From a bacterium (GTDB lineage: Bacteria > Patescibacteriota > Microgenomatia > Levybacterales > UBA12049), in NCBI GenBank assembly GCA_021785915.1, contig JAJYEF010000001.1, positions 1 through 48,910 of the forward strand: DNA of 48,910 nt. The letters are read 5' to 3'. Shown here one piece after another: positions 1 to 9,125 of this stretch; position 1 is the stretch's first letter; the number at the start of each line of letters is the position of its first letter. Position numbers and translations under genes: made by a program. Under the pieces are notes generated by a model. That model worked only from the letters and a program-made list of their open reading frames with translations, was not told where the DNA came from and did not search any database.

Positions 1-47
1 GGGACGAAATAATTTTTCAGCGAAAACTCTTCCTGTTTTTTCATAAG

Positions 48-1820
48 TTATTTGATTACAAATTGTACATTTCCGTTTTGCGCCTCAATTTCTATTTTTT
101 TATTGCTTGAAAAAATTGTTTCTATAAAATTTACCGTTGGACTATTGTAATAAAGTCTTGCTTTTTGTAAGTCCTGGTTAGCGCTTTTATTATTGCCCTG
201 CATGTAATCCAAAAGCGCAAGGTCAAACCATATCGGGCCGTCTTTGGGAAACTTTCGCAGCGAAACGTTTTTAATAAAATCAATATTTTCGTCCCTGTTG
301 CCGTAAACAAGTGCAAGTGATGCGAGGTTTTCGTAAGGCAAGCTGTCCTGCCCGTACCTGAGGGCGCTAAGGTAAGCTTTTTTTGCCGCCGCGTAATCTC
401 CGAGTTTACTTTCAATCGCCCCTAAATTTGTATAATTTGTTATGTAAGGGAAAAGCGCTATTGATTTTAAGGCGTGTTCTTTTGCAAGCTGAAGTTTATT
501 TTGCGAATAATAGACCCTACTTATTATGTATTCTGCGTTGTATGAATCTTTGGAAACATTCGCGTCATGTGTTGCAAGCGTAAAATCGTTTCTGTAATCA
601 AAACTTCTTACAAATGTCCTAAGTGATAAAAGCGATACCAAAACTACAGAGATTATGACAACCCATTTACTGTTTTGTTTTAGTTTTAAAGTTGAAACAG
701 CAACGCCAATCATCCCCAAAACTCCGACTACCGGAAAATAAAACCAGCGGTCCGCGGCAGTCTGGTCCAAAGGATAAATTTGCAAGTGGAACATAACTCC
801 GATAATAAACCAGACAGCAAAAAACGTAAAAAGCCGGAGGTGCTTTTTCGGAAATTTTTTATATAAATAATACACGCTGGCAAATATTCCCCCAAGAATC
901 AATACGTCTATCAATAACGGAAGATAAAAATTATAAAATGTGATATTTGTATACGCCCACTGCCACGAGCCCGCTATATTAAGGGGGAATATAAAAGTCT
1001 TAACGTAAAAAAGAAAAATCGACGGAGCATTTATTAACCTGTGTGCTAGGTCAAGCCTTTCAATCGGCGCGTTGATAACAGTTTTAGGCGTCAGTCCTGT
1101 CGCATGTATTCTTAATATAATATATATCAAAAATGAAACAATTGATGTTCCAAGAAAGGGAAGAAATATTTTTCTTTTGTAAAGAAAAATATAAATTAAT
1201 GAAATAGCGAAAAAAAGTATCCCCGTTTCTTTAGAGAAAAGCGAAAGCAACAAAAGTGCCGATGCAAAAATTATTGCTTTAGGCGACTCACGTTTTAAAA
1301 GTATAAGAAAAGAACTTGCCCCGAAGAAGAAAAACAAGACCTCCTGCACATCTGCTATATAAAAAGCGGATTCTGCGTTTATTGGGTGCACGAGGAATAT
1401 CAGGGATAATATAAATGAAAGCCGCAAGTTAAAAAATTGCTTCAGTATGAAAAATAAAAGAATTGAGTTTGCGATAAATAACAGAAGCTGAACAAAGTGG
1501 AATAAAAAGGGTGTCGCGCCCGATATAGAATAAATAATAGTATAGGTTGTATCAAGCATGGGCTTGTAGTAAAGCCCGCCGAGCCTTGTCTTTCCCCCTA
1601 TATCAAGACGGTTACTGAAGAAAAAGGAGGGCACGTTTGAAAGTGATTGAATCGACGGGTTGTCTACTATTTGCGTATTGTCGTCGCCGACAAAATTGTT
1701 AAAAAGCCCAAAGAAAAAAATTATAAAACCTATTATTACCAAGAACGCGACTGCTTTTTTTGCCGTAAAAGGTACGAAGTAATGTTTAAAGTAGAGTTCT
1801 TCATCTTCCTGCGCACGCAT
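48..1820 (-). CDS. Polytopic GT-C-type (TMTC/PMT-like) glycosyltransferase with C-terminal TPR repeats
   Basis: 590-aa ORF with many hydrophobic segments. First-loop acidic motif FVGDDNTQIVDN resembles the DD motif of TMTC/PMT-type GT-C enzymes. DRWFYFP motif present. C-terminal ~170 aa has TPR-like repeats (LGDYAAAKKAYLSAL, PIWFDLALLDYMQGN). Confidence 0.6.
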   Translation of the reverse strand: MRAQEDEELYFKHYFVPFTAKKAVAFLVIIGFIIFFFGLFNNFVGDDNTQIVDNPSIQSLSNVPSFFFSNRLDIGGKTRLGGLYYKPMLDTTYTIIYSISGATPFLFHFVQLLLFIANSILLFFILKQFFNLRLSFILSLIFLVHPINAESAFYIADVQEVLFFFFGASSFLILLKRESPKAIIFASALLLLSLFSKETGILFFAISLIYIFLYKRKIFLPFLGTSIVSFLIYIILRIHATGLTPKTVINAPIERLDLAHRLINAPSIFLFYVKTFIFPLNIAGSWQWAYTNITFYNFYLPLLIDVLILGGIFASVYYLYKKFPKKHLRLFTFFAVWFIIGVMFHLQIYPLDQTAADRWFYFPVVGVLGMIGVAVSTLKLKQNSKWVVIISVVLVSLLSLRTFVRSFDYRNDFTLATHDANVSKDSYNAEYIISRVYYSQNKLQLAKEHALKSIALFPYITNYTNLGAIESKLGDYAAAKKAYLSALRYGQDSLPYENLASLALVYGNRDENIDFIKNVSLRKFPKDGPIWFDLALLDYMQGNNKSANQDLQKARLYYNSPTVNFIETIFSSNKKIEIEAQNGNVQFVIK

Positions 1821-1910
1821 AAGCGAATACTAACATTAGGCTTTTTAAGTTTCAATAATTAAACTTTATTTCGGGATGAAAACGGCAAAATTTATGCTAA
1901 TATTAGAAAA

Positions 1911-3650
1911 ATGAATAATGAAGATAGTTCCTTTAAGAATTTATTCCTTCCGTTTACTTCAAAAAAGGCCGTATTCTGGATAATTTTACTTGGGTTTCTG
2001 GTTTTCTTTAACTCCCTTTTCGGACTACCCATATGGGACGATAATGTATATATTTTTTCCAACCAAAGCTTAAGTAATTTTAATTTCTTTTATCTTTTCG
2101 GTCAAAATGTCTATAACGTAGGCCAGTATTACCGCCCGCTGACTGCCGCTTACTTTTCCTTTCTTTTGAATTTATTCGGAAACACTTATTTTTTCTACCA
2201 TTTGATACAACTTTTGATGCACATAGCGAATACCGTTTTGGTATTTATATTCCTTAAAAAATTGCTCAAAAAGGAATTTGCTTTTTTTGCCGCACTTCTT
2301 TTTCTTGTACACCCTTTTCAGGTCGAATCTGTAGCCTGGATTTCCGGAAGCATCGTCCCGTTTTCCTTTTTATTTGGAATTTCCGGGCTTTTATTACTAA
2401 CAAGAAAAAAGCTTACTTACAAAGCCCTTTCCTTAAGTGCGTTTTTATTTCTTTTGTCAATCCTTTCCCGCGAAACGGGAATATTTTTTGTAGCCCTTGC
2501 TGTATGTTACATACTGCTTTTTAGAAAAGACGGTACTTTAAGAGTTTTTATTTACGGCGTGGTTTTATCTGTTGTATATTTGTTGATAAGACTTTCATTC
2601 CATATTACCTCATTAAGCGCAAACTACCCTTACCCTATTGATAGACTCGATTTTGCCCAAAGGCTTATTAACATCCCGCTTATTACTTTGTATTATGTCA
2701 GAAATCTTTTTATTCCCGACGCGCTTGCTACAGACCAGCAATGGGTGGTCAGATCAATCAACCTTCCTTACTTTTTTATTCCCCTTATTTTTGATTTCGT
2801 ATTCTTTGCTCTAATAGCTGCTGCCGGATTTTTTATATATAGAAAGGCGGAAGAAAATATAAAAAAATATTTTTTCTTTCTTATTTGGTTTTTACTCGGT
2901 TTTGGCATTTTATTCCAGATAGTTCCCCTTGATATGACGGTTGCGGACAGATGGATGTATTTCCCGCTCGTGGGGCTTTTGGGAATTTTGGGACTATTTG
3001 CGCAAACTTTTTCAAATAAATTTAAATTGCACGAAAACAAGGTTTTCCTTATTTTTATTCTTATGGCAGTCTTTTTTTCTGTTTTTACACTCGTAAGAAA
3101 CTCGCAGTGGAATAACTCCATTACGCTTTTTTCAAACGATATAAAAATAAACAATAATTTCGACGTCGAAAACCAGCTGGGCGCGGAGCTTGCGATACAA
3201 GGCAGGTACAAAGAGGCTCTGCCTATTCTGCTTGATTCGCACAAAAAAAACCTTGAAGACTCAAATATTTTCGATATAGCCGGATGCTATAAACAATTGG
3301 GTGATATAAAACTTGCGGAAAAGTATTACGAGGAAATTATAAATAACAAAGACAATATTAAAATACGCCCGGTTGTCAAACAAAACACATATAACGAAAT
3401 GGCAAAGCTTTTAATATTACACGAAGACCCCGAGGTAAATGCGGTATTTTTAAAAAGGGCCGTAAAGGAATATACCGCCAACTCTACGTTTTGGGCCTTC
3501 TACGCAATAACCGAGTATAATCTCGGGAACAAACCTGAAGCTTTGGCTTTTGCCAAAAATGCCTACGGTCTTAATCCCAACAACTCAACTAATCAACTTC
3601 TCCAAAATATAAAAGCAAACAAAGCGGCTCAATTAAAGCTCTTAAATTAG
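1911..3650 (+). CDS. Paralogous TMTC/PMT-like GT-C glycosyltransferase with C-terminal TPR repeats
   Basis: 579-aa ORF, collinear with the 48-1820 product: FLPFTSKKAV, PIWDDNVYIFSN, YYRPL, VESVAWISG, DRWMYFPLVG. TPR-like tail (LGDIKLAEKYYEEI). Transcribed divergently from its paralog. Confidence 0.6.
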   Translation: MNNEDSSFKNLFLPFTSKKAVFWIILLGFLVFFNSLFGLPIWDDNVYIFSNQSLSNFNFFYLFGQNVYNVGQYYRPLTAAYFSFLLNLFGNTYFFYHLIQLLMHIANTVLVFIFLKKLLKKEFAFFAALLFLVHPFQVESVAWISGSIVPFSFLFGISGLLLLTRKKLTYKALSLSAFLFLLSILSRETGIFFVALAVCYILLFRKDGTLRVFIYGVVLSVVYLLIRLSFHITSLSANYPYPIDRLDFAQRLINIPLITLYYVRNLFIPDALATDQQWVVRSINLPYFFIPLIFDFVFFALIAAAGFFIYRKAEENIKKYFFFLIWFLLGFGILFQIVPLDMTVADRWMYFPLVGLLGILGLFAQTFSNKFKLHENKVFLIFILMAVFFSVFTLVRNSQWNNSITLFSNDIKINNNFDVENQLGAELAIQGRYKEALPILLDSHKKNLEDSNIFDIAGCYKQLGDIKLAEKYYEEIINNKDNIKIRPVVKQNTYNEMAKLLILHEDPEVNAVFLKRAVKEYTANSTFWAFYAITEYNLGNKPEALAFAKNAYGLNPNNSTNQLLQNIKANKAAQLKLLN

Positions 3651-3702
3651 GCAGTAAACTTTATTGCCTAATAAAAGATAATCTACTATTATTGATAAAA
3701 TT

Positions 3703-5499
3703 ATGGCAGGCAAAAACAAAAATATTTTAGAGTTTATATACATCAAACTTAAACCCTACCGCCACTTAACACAGTACATCCCGTTTGTTTTCCTCTTATT
3801 TTTCGTATTTTCTTTTCTTTACAAAAGCGACTTTTCGTTTAACCAGGACCTTGGATTGCACCTTAAGCTCGGACAAATAATTTTTACGACCGGCATCGTC
3901 CCGAAAATAAACCTTTTTTCTTATACAAACCCCTCATTTACTTTTGTTAATCACCACTGGCTTTTTGAAGTTTTTGCCTACGTCTCAAGCATTAGCGTAG
4001 GCCTGCAAGCATTACTGATATTAAAGATTTTGATAATTTTATTTTGCGCGGCGGTAATATTGATGCTTTCCAAAAGAACCAAATCCGCATTTTTTGTTCC
4101 GGGTGCTTTTATATTTTTCCACCTTTTGCGCGAGCGAACGGATTTTCGACCCGAAATTTTCAGTTTTTTATTCACAGTCTTGACAATTTACATATTAGAA
4201 GACTTTGAAAGAAAAAACTCTAAGCTTATCTATTTTTTGCCTATTGTTATGCTTGTATGGACGAATACCCATATTTATTTTCCGGTCGGAATATTTATAA
4301 TATTTGTATTTTGGGCGGATTTATTATTTCGCAAGTTTTATTTAAAACAGCCTGAAGTCTTAGATAAACTCAAAAAACTGTCCATAGTTGCAGGCGCAAG
4401 CGTATTGGTAACACTTATAAACCCGAATTTCATAACCGGAGCTTTGTATCCTTTTGCGGTTTTTAACAATTACGGTGTTACGATTACCGAAAACCAGACA
4501 ATCTTTACGCTTCAAAATATACATTTTGTAAACCCGGACTTTTTGTTTTTCTATATTTCCGCGATTATTGTTATTGCTTCAATCTATATAAGTTTTTTCA
4601 GGAAAGGTTTTTCCATAAAAAATACTTTACTTTGTTTGCTGGGGCTAGGTCTTGCCTTCCAAAGCATAAGGGGCTTCCCTTACTTGGTCTTGATATCCCT
4701 TCCCTACGTTTTGCTGAATTTTAACTATACTGTTTCAAACATTTGGATAAAAGCCGTAAACGTGATAGTTGTAATACTCATAGTATTTGAGGCTTATTTT
4801 TACTTGAGTGGAATTTATTACGGTCTTACGTATGAACCTTATCTTCCAACACTGAATCTGGTTCAGGACGAAAAACAAGCGACGGATTTTGTTCTTGAAC
4901 ATAATCTTCCCCAGCCAATCTTTAATAATTTCGATACGGGAAGCTATTTTATTTATAGGAGCTTTCCCAAATACCGCGTTTTTGTAGACGAGCGTCCCGA
5001 GGCATACCCTGCATCATTTTTTACCAATGTTTATAATCCCATGCAAGAAAATTATTCTGATTTTAAAAAGGTTGAGAAACGTTACGGATTTAAAACGATA
5101 TTTTTTACTATTACCGACCAGAATCCGCGGGCTTTAAAGTTTTTAAACGCTGTAACAAAAGACCCAAGTTGGAAAATAGTTTATCTTGACCAGTATATGA
5201 TGGTTATGGTTAAAAGTAACTTACAAAAGTCTATGAACCTTAAAACCGTTGACCTTACAAAACTTAAAATCAGTGATTTTAAATATTCAAAAGTTACCGC
5301 TTATACAAATTTAAGCACTTTCCTTTTTAACCTGCACTATTATAAAGAGGCAAAAATCTTTAATGAAAAAGCCTTAGCGATAAATCCCGGAAACCCCGCG
5401 GCAAACAAGGCAATGGCGTATATTTTGTTTGCCCTAGATCCTTCTGATTCCCGCATAACAGGCTATCTATCTAAATCACAAAACTGGGTATTCTGGTAA
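3703..5499 (+). CDS. Large polytopic membrane protein with extracytoplasmic domain and C-terminal TPR (GT-C-like, family unresolved)
   Basis: 598-aa ORF with about 10 or more hydrophobic helices. Acidic/His first loop NQDLGLHLKLG. Soluble domain FNNFDTGSYFIYRSFPKYRVFVDERPEAYP. TPR-like end (YYKEAKIFNEKALAINPGNPAANKAMAYI). Confidence 0.45.
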   Translation: MAGKNKNILEFIYIKLKPYRHLTQYIPFVFLLFFVFSFLYKSDFSFNQDLGLHLKLGQIIFTTGIVPKINLFSYTNPSFTFVNHHWLFEVFAYVSSISVGLQALLILKILIILFCAAVILMLSKRTKSAFFVPGAFIFFHLLRERTDFRPEIFSFLFTVLTIYILEDFERKNSKLIYFLPIVMLVWTNTHIYFPVGIFIIFVFWADLLFRKFYLKQPEVLDKLKKLSIVAGASVLVTLINPNFITGALYPFAVFNNYGVTITENQTIFTLQNIHFVNPDFLFFYISAIIVIASIYISFFRKGFSIKNTLLCLLGLGLAFQSIRGFPYLVLISLPYVLLNFNYTVSNIWIKAVNVIVVILIVFEAYFYLSGIYYGLTYEPYLPTLNLVQDEKQATDFVLEHNLPQPIFNNFDTGSYFIYRSFPKYRVFVDERPEAYPASFFTNVYNPMQENYSDFKKVEKRYGFKTIFFTITDQNPRALKFLNAVTKDPSWKIVYLDQYMMVMVKSNLQKSMNLKTVDLTKLKISDFKYSKVTAYTNLSTFLFNLHYYKEAKIFNEKALAINPGNPAANKAMAYILFALDPSDSRITGYLSKSQNWVFW

Positions 5500-5547
5500 G
5501 CTTAATTTTGACTTTTATAATATACGTCTATAAAATTTTAATATATT

Positions 5548-5739
5548 GTGAAATATCTATTATTTGAAGCAATTGGTGTAATAATTTTTGTCATCCTGCT
5601 TTTCATATCAAGGTCTATAACTAATTTAATTTCCGGCAATCAGAACATTTCCCTGATCACGACATTCCTTTTTATGGTAAATGGCTTTGTGATTTTAATA
5701 GTAATTCCCGCTATGATAAATACTCTCCATAATGGATAA
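5548..5739 (+). CDS. Small hypothetical membrane protein (GTG start)
   Basis: 63-aa ORF with two hydrophobic segments. Only ORF in this gap on the operon strand. No recognisable family. Confidence 0.3.
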   Translation: MKYLLFEAIGVIIFVILLFISRSITNLISGNQNISLITTFLFMVNGFVILIVIPAMINTLHNG

Positions 5740-6043
5740 AACGCCTGCTAAAAATATGTTAAAAAACAATAACTATCCAAAAAATTTAGATTATAAATAC
5801 AAGACGCAGTCACGTATTGCAATGTTTTTAACTTGGGTATCTTTTTATTTGTACCTTAACTACAAGAATGTTTATTTTCTTTATATAATTGTTGCTGTAA
5901 CCTTTATACATTTTCTTTTCAATCTGAGAAAGCCGGACCACAGCCTAAAAGCACTTTTAGTATTTTGGGGGTTAATTGCAATTGGTTTTATTGTAATTTT
6001 ACTGCTTTTCCAGGTACTCCTCTTAATACCTCTCTATATATAA
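5732..6043 (+). CDS. Small hypothetical membrane protein
   Basis: 103-aa ORF overlapping the previous ORF by 8 nt, with three hydrophobic segments. No recognisable family. Confidence 0.35.
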   Translation: MDKTPAKNMLKNNNYPKNLDYKYKTQSRIAMFLTWVSFYLYLNYKNVYFLYIIVAVTFIHFLFNLRKPDHSLKALLVFWGLIAIGFIVILLLFQVLLLIPLYI

Positions 6044-6060
6044 ATACTTAGGTCAGTGAA

Positions 6061-8823
6061 TCAACTGGGAAGCTGAGGATAATGGCATCTCTTCCACTTT
6101 TTCCCGCTGCCGCACCAGCATGGGTCGTTTCTTCCAAGTTTTTTCTTGGGAGAACCTGGACCATTAGAACTGGTTGAAGTAGTTGATGCTCCTGAACTTG
6201 TTGAGGAGGAACTTGTTGACATCCCGCCCGGGGATTTTTCTTCACTCACCTCGGATGCAACGTTTGATCCCGCCGCCTGTTGTGTTACGTGCGCGTGCTG
6301 TGCGTGCGCGCTAGCGTCGGGAGGCTCCTGCACCTGGATTTTGTAAATCCTGTGGACGATTTCATCGTCAATCCCGTTAATTAATTTTTCAAACATTATA
6401 AATCCTTCGTTTTTGTATTCAACAAGCGGGTCCTTCTGCCCATATCCCCGAAGGCCGATACCCTGTCTTAGATTTTCTATCGCATCCAGATGGTCAACCC
6501 ACATATTATCCATAACCGAAAGCGCAACAAACTTTTCAATCTGTCTTGCCAGATCCGGTCCTACCTGTTTTTCGCGTGTTTCGTAAATATCGTCTGCAAC
6601 TTTAGTTAAAAATTCTATCCTTTGGTCGGTCTGCTTAATCTGATCAATCTGCGCCTTTATTTGAGCGATAGAATTTTCGTCAAACGGCACGATTGTTGCA
6701 AACTCTTCGGCAATTTTTTCGGAAGGAGAATTTTCAAGGTAATTTTCCGAATTAATTGTCACGCTTGCGGCAATAGCAGCGTGTATTTTTTCGACTATGT
6801 CTTTTTTCAACTCCTCGGGTTTTTCACCGGATTTTAAAATAGCCTGTCTTCTATCATAGATTATTTCGCGCTGTTTGTTCAAAACATCGTCATAATCAAC
6901 TAAGTGCTTGCGGATATCAAAATTATAACCTTCAACCTTGATTTGCGCCTGTTCTATCGCTTTGGTAACCAAAGGGTGAGAAAGCGGCACGTCCTCGGGC
7001 ATATTAAATCTTGTCATTAGTCCCGAGATTGCGTCTCCTCCGAAAAGTCTCATTATGTCGTCGTCAAGTGCTACAAAAAACTGTGTTTTTCCGGGATCCC
7101 CCTGACGACCGGAACGGCCTCTTAGCTGATTGTCTATTCTTCTTGACTCGTGCCTTTCTGTTCCGATTACATATAAACCTCCCAGCTCCAGAACATCTCT
7201 GTGCCGTTTTTCCCATGCGTCCCATTCTTTGGTTCCTTTTTTATCGGTACCGTCTTCGTTCTTAGGCGTATCTCCGCCGAGGATTATATCAACTCCCCGC
7301 CCTGCCATGTTGGTCGCAACGGTTACCGCACCTTTTTCACCGGCTTTGGCAATAATTTCCGCTTCACGAAGATGGTTTTTTGCGTTTAAGACTTCGTGTT
7401 TTATCCCTTTTCGCCTTAGAAGTTCCGAAATAATTTCGTTTTTTTCAATCGACGTGGTTCCTACTAAAACAGGTTGCCCCTTTTTATGCGCCTCTTCTAT
7501 CGACACTGCTACGGCGGTGTATTTTGCTCTTCCGGTTTTGTAAATCGCATCCGACAAGTCCTTTCTTATTAGCTCCTTGTTGGTAGGAATAACAACAACG
7601 TCCAGTTTATAGATTTTATGGAATTCTTCGGCTTCTGTTACCGCAGTTCCCGTCATTCCGGCTAAAACTTCGTACATCCTGAAGTAATTCTGCAAAGATA
7701 CCGTCGCAAGAGTTTTTGACTCCTTCTGGATTGCCACTCCTTCTTTTGCCTCAATTGCCTGGTGCAATCCTTCCGAAAGTCTTCTTCCGACCATTAATCT
7801 TCCTGTAAATTCATCAACAAGGATTACTTCACCTTCTTTTACTATATAATCCTTTTCTCTATGGAAAAGCGTGCGCGCTTTAAGCGCTGCCTCAAGGTGA
7901 TAAACGGTATCAAAATCTTTTTCGTAAATGTTTTCAATCCCGTAAATTTTTTCTATCTTTCCGATTCCGTGTTCGGTTAAATGCGCAGTTCTTAATTTTT
8001 CGTCTATTTTAAAATCGATTTCGGGAGTTAATTTTTCGACAAGCTTTGCGTATTCATAATATTTTTGAGTGGGTGCTTCGTCGGGAGCAGAAATTATATG
8101 CGGAGTCCTAGCTTCATCTATTAAAACCGAGTCGACCTCATCAACTATCGCATAATAAAAACCGCGCTGAACTAAAAGACTTTGATCCTGCGCCATATTG
8201 TCCCGAAGGTAGTCAAAACCGAACTCAGAGTTTATTCCGTAAACGACATCTTTTTCGTATGCCTCTTTTCTTGTAATAGGTCTGAGATGCAAAAGCCTGT
8301 AATCGTTGATGTTTGTGTTTTTCTGTTTGGGGTCGTACACGAAAGACTCCTCGCTGATTATTGATGCGACGCTCATTCCCAAAAAATCAAAGATAGGGCC
8401 CATCCAGCCGGCGTCCCTTCTTGCGAGATAATCATTAACGGTAACAAGGTGTACGTTTTTTCCGGTCAGCGCGTGCAGGTACAAAGCGGGGGCTGCTGAA
8501 AGCGTTTTTCCTTCTCCGGTTTTTTGCTCTGCGATCTTTCCCTGCGCCAGAACAATTGCGGCAATAAGCTGGACGTCGTAATGTCGTTGCCCAATCGTTC
8601 TCTTGGCCGCTTCTCTAACCAAGGCAAACGCCTCAGGCATAATAGAATCCAAAGGTTCACCCTCTTCTATTCTTTCTTTAAATTCTTTGGTTTTTTTTGG
8701 AAAGTCGGATGCTTTTAACTTTTTAACGTCTTTTTCCAAATCATTTATCTGTTTAACAATCGGAAGAATTTTATTTAATTCCTTTTCGTTGGAGTCGAAA
8801 AACTTGCCTAAAACATTTAACAT
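6061..8823 (-). CDS. secA: Preprotein translocase ATPase SecA
   Basis: 920 aa. Walker A KTGEGKTL, DEAD-like VDEVDSVLIDEARTP, GRSGRQGDPG, and C-terminal zinc-binding tail CWCGSGKKWKRCH. Confidence 0.97.
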   Translation of the reverse strand: MLNVLGKFFDSNEKELNKILPIVKQINDLEKDVKKLKASDFPKKTKEFKERIEEGEPLDSIMPEAFALVREAAKRTIGQRHYDVQLIAAIVLAQGKIAEQKTGEGKTLSAAPALYLHALTGKNVHLVTVNDYLARRDAGWMGPIFDFLGMSVASIISEESFVYDPKQKNTNINDYRLLHLRPITRKEAYEKDVVYGINSEFGFDYLRDNMAQDQSLLVQRGFYYAIVDEVDSVLIDEARTPHIISAPDEAPTQKYYEYAKLVEKLTPEIDFKIDEKLRTAHLTEHGIGKIEKIYGIENIYEKDFDTVYHLEAALKARTLFHREKDYIVKEGEVILVDEFTGRLMVGRRLSEGLHQAIEAKEGVAIQKESKTLATVSLQNYFRMYEVLAGMTGTAVTEAEEFHKIYKLDVVVIPTNKELIRKDLSDAIYKTGRAKYTAVAVSIEEAHKKGQPVLVGTTSIEKNEIISELLRRKGIKHEVLNAKNHLREAEIIAKAGEKGAVTVATNMAGRGVDIILGGDTPKNEDGTDKKGTKEWDAWEKRHRDVLELGGLYVIGTERHESRRIDNQLRGRSGRQGDPGKTQFFVALDDDIMRLFGGDAISGLMTRFNMPEDVPLSHPLVTKAIEQAQIKVEGYNFDIRKHLVDYDDVLNKQREIIYDRRQAILKSGEKPEELKKDIVEKIHAAIAASVTINSENYLENSPSEKIAEEFATIVPFDENSIAQIKAQIDQIKQTDQRIEFLTKVADDIYETREKQVGPDLARQIEKFVALSVMDNMWVDHLDAIENLRQGIGLRGYGQKDPLVEYKNEGFIMFEKLINGIDDEIVHRIYKIQVQEPPDASAHAQHAHVTQQAAGSNVASEVSEEKSPGGMSTSSSSTSSGASTTSTSSNGPGSPKKKLGRNDPCWCGSGKKWKRCHYPQLPS

Positions 8824-8864
8824 AAGTTCAATTTATACCATATAATTTTACCACATCTAAGCCT

Positions 8865-8894
8865 AAAAAAACCCCTCACAATGAATGTGAGGGG
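8865..8894 (-). terminator. Rho-independent terminator (minus strand)
   Basis: On the minus strand, CCCCUCACA-UUCAU-UGUGAGGGG followed by U7. Perfect 9-bp GC-rich stem at 8872-8880 / 8886-8894. Confidence 0.65.
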
Positions 8895-8944
8895 ACCAAT
8901 TGATCAATTGGTAATAATTGGTAATGCTCCAAATTGCTTACCAA

Positions 8945-8974
8945 CTATTTCTTCTTCTTCTTTTTCTTTGCCAT
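8945..8974 (-). CDS. Candidate 9-codon poly-lysine mini-ORF (MAKKKKKKK)
   Basis: ATG at 8972-8974 is preceded by GGGAGGTGA (8982-8990) with a 7-nt spacer. Reads ATG GCA AAG AAA AAG AAG AAG AAG AAA TAG. Lies between serS and the terminator upstream of secA. Confidence 0.25.
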   Translation of the reverse strand: MAKKKKKKK

Positions 8975-9125
8975 GTATTAATCACCTCCCTTTTTATTAC
9001 GTAAAATTGAAATAAAATGTCAAGCAATTAACTTAATCATGTAGCATTTTATTTTTCTTGTCAAGATATTTTCCTAGCTTCAAAATTGGACGTTTATATT
9101 GATTTGACGGCAAAAAAAATAGAGG

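Noticed and set aside
6146-6346. 66-aa plus-strand ORF with a Cys-rich end (AACCVTCACCACALASGGSC) that superficially resembles a modified-peptide precursor.
   Set aside because: It is entirely antisense to the GC-rich low-complexity tail of secA. It has no SD or promoter and no partner enzymes. It is a shadow ORF caused by local composition.
8896-8925. The 16-bp palindrome CCAATTGATCAATTGG and tandem AATTGGTAAT considered as a stand-alone mobile-element end or restriction-type site.
   Set aside because: It is a single copy in the window with no flanking element genes. It is better treated as part of the structured leader region upstream of secA.
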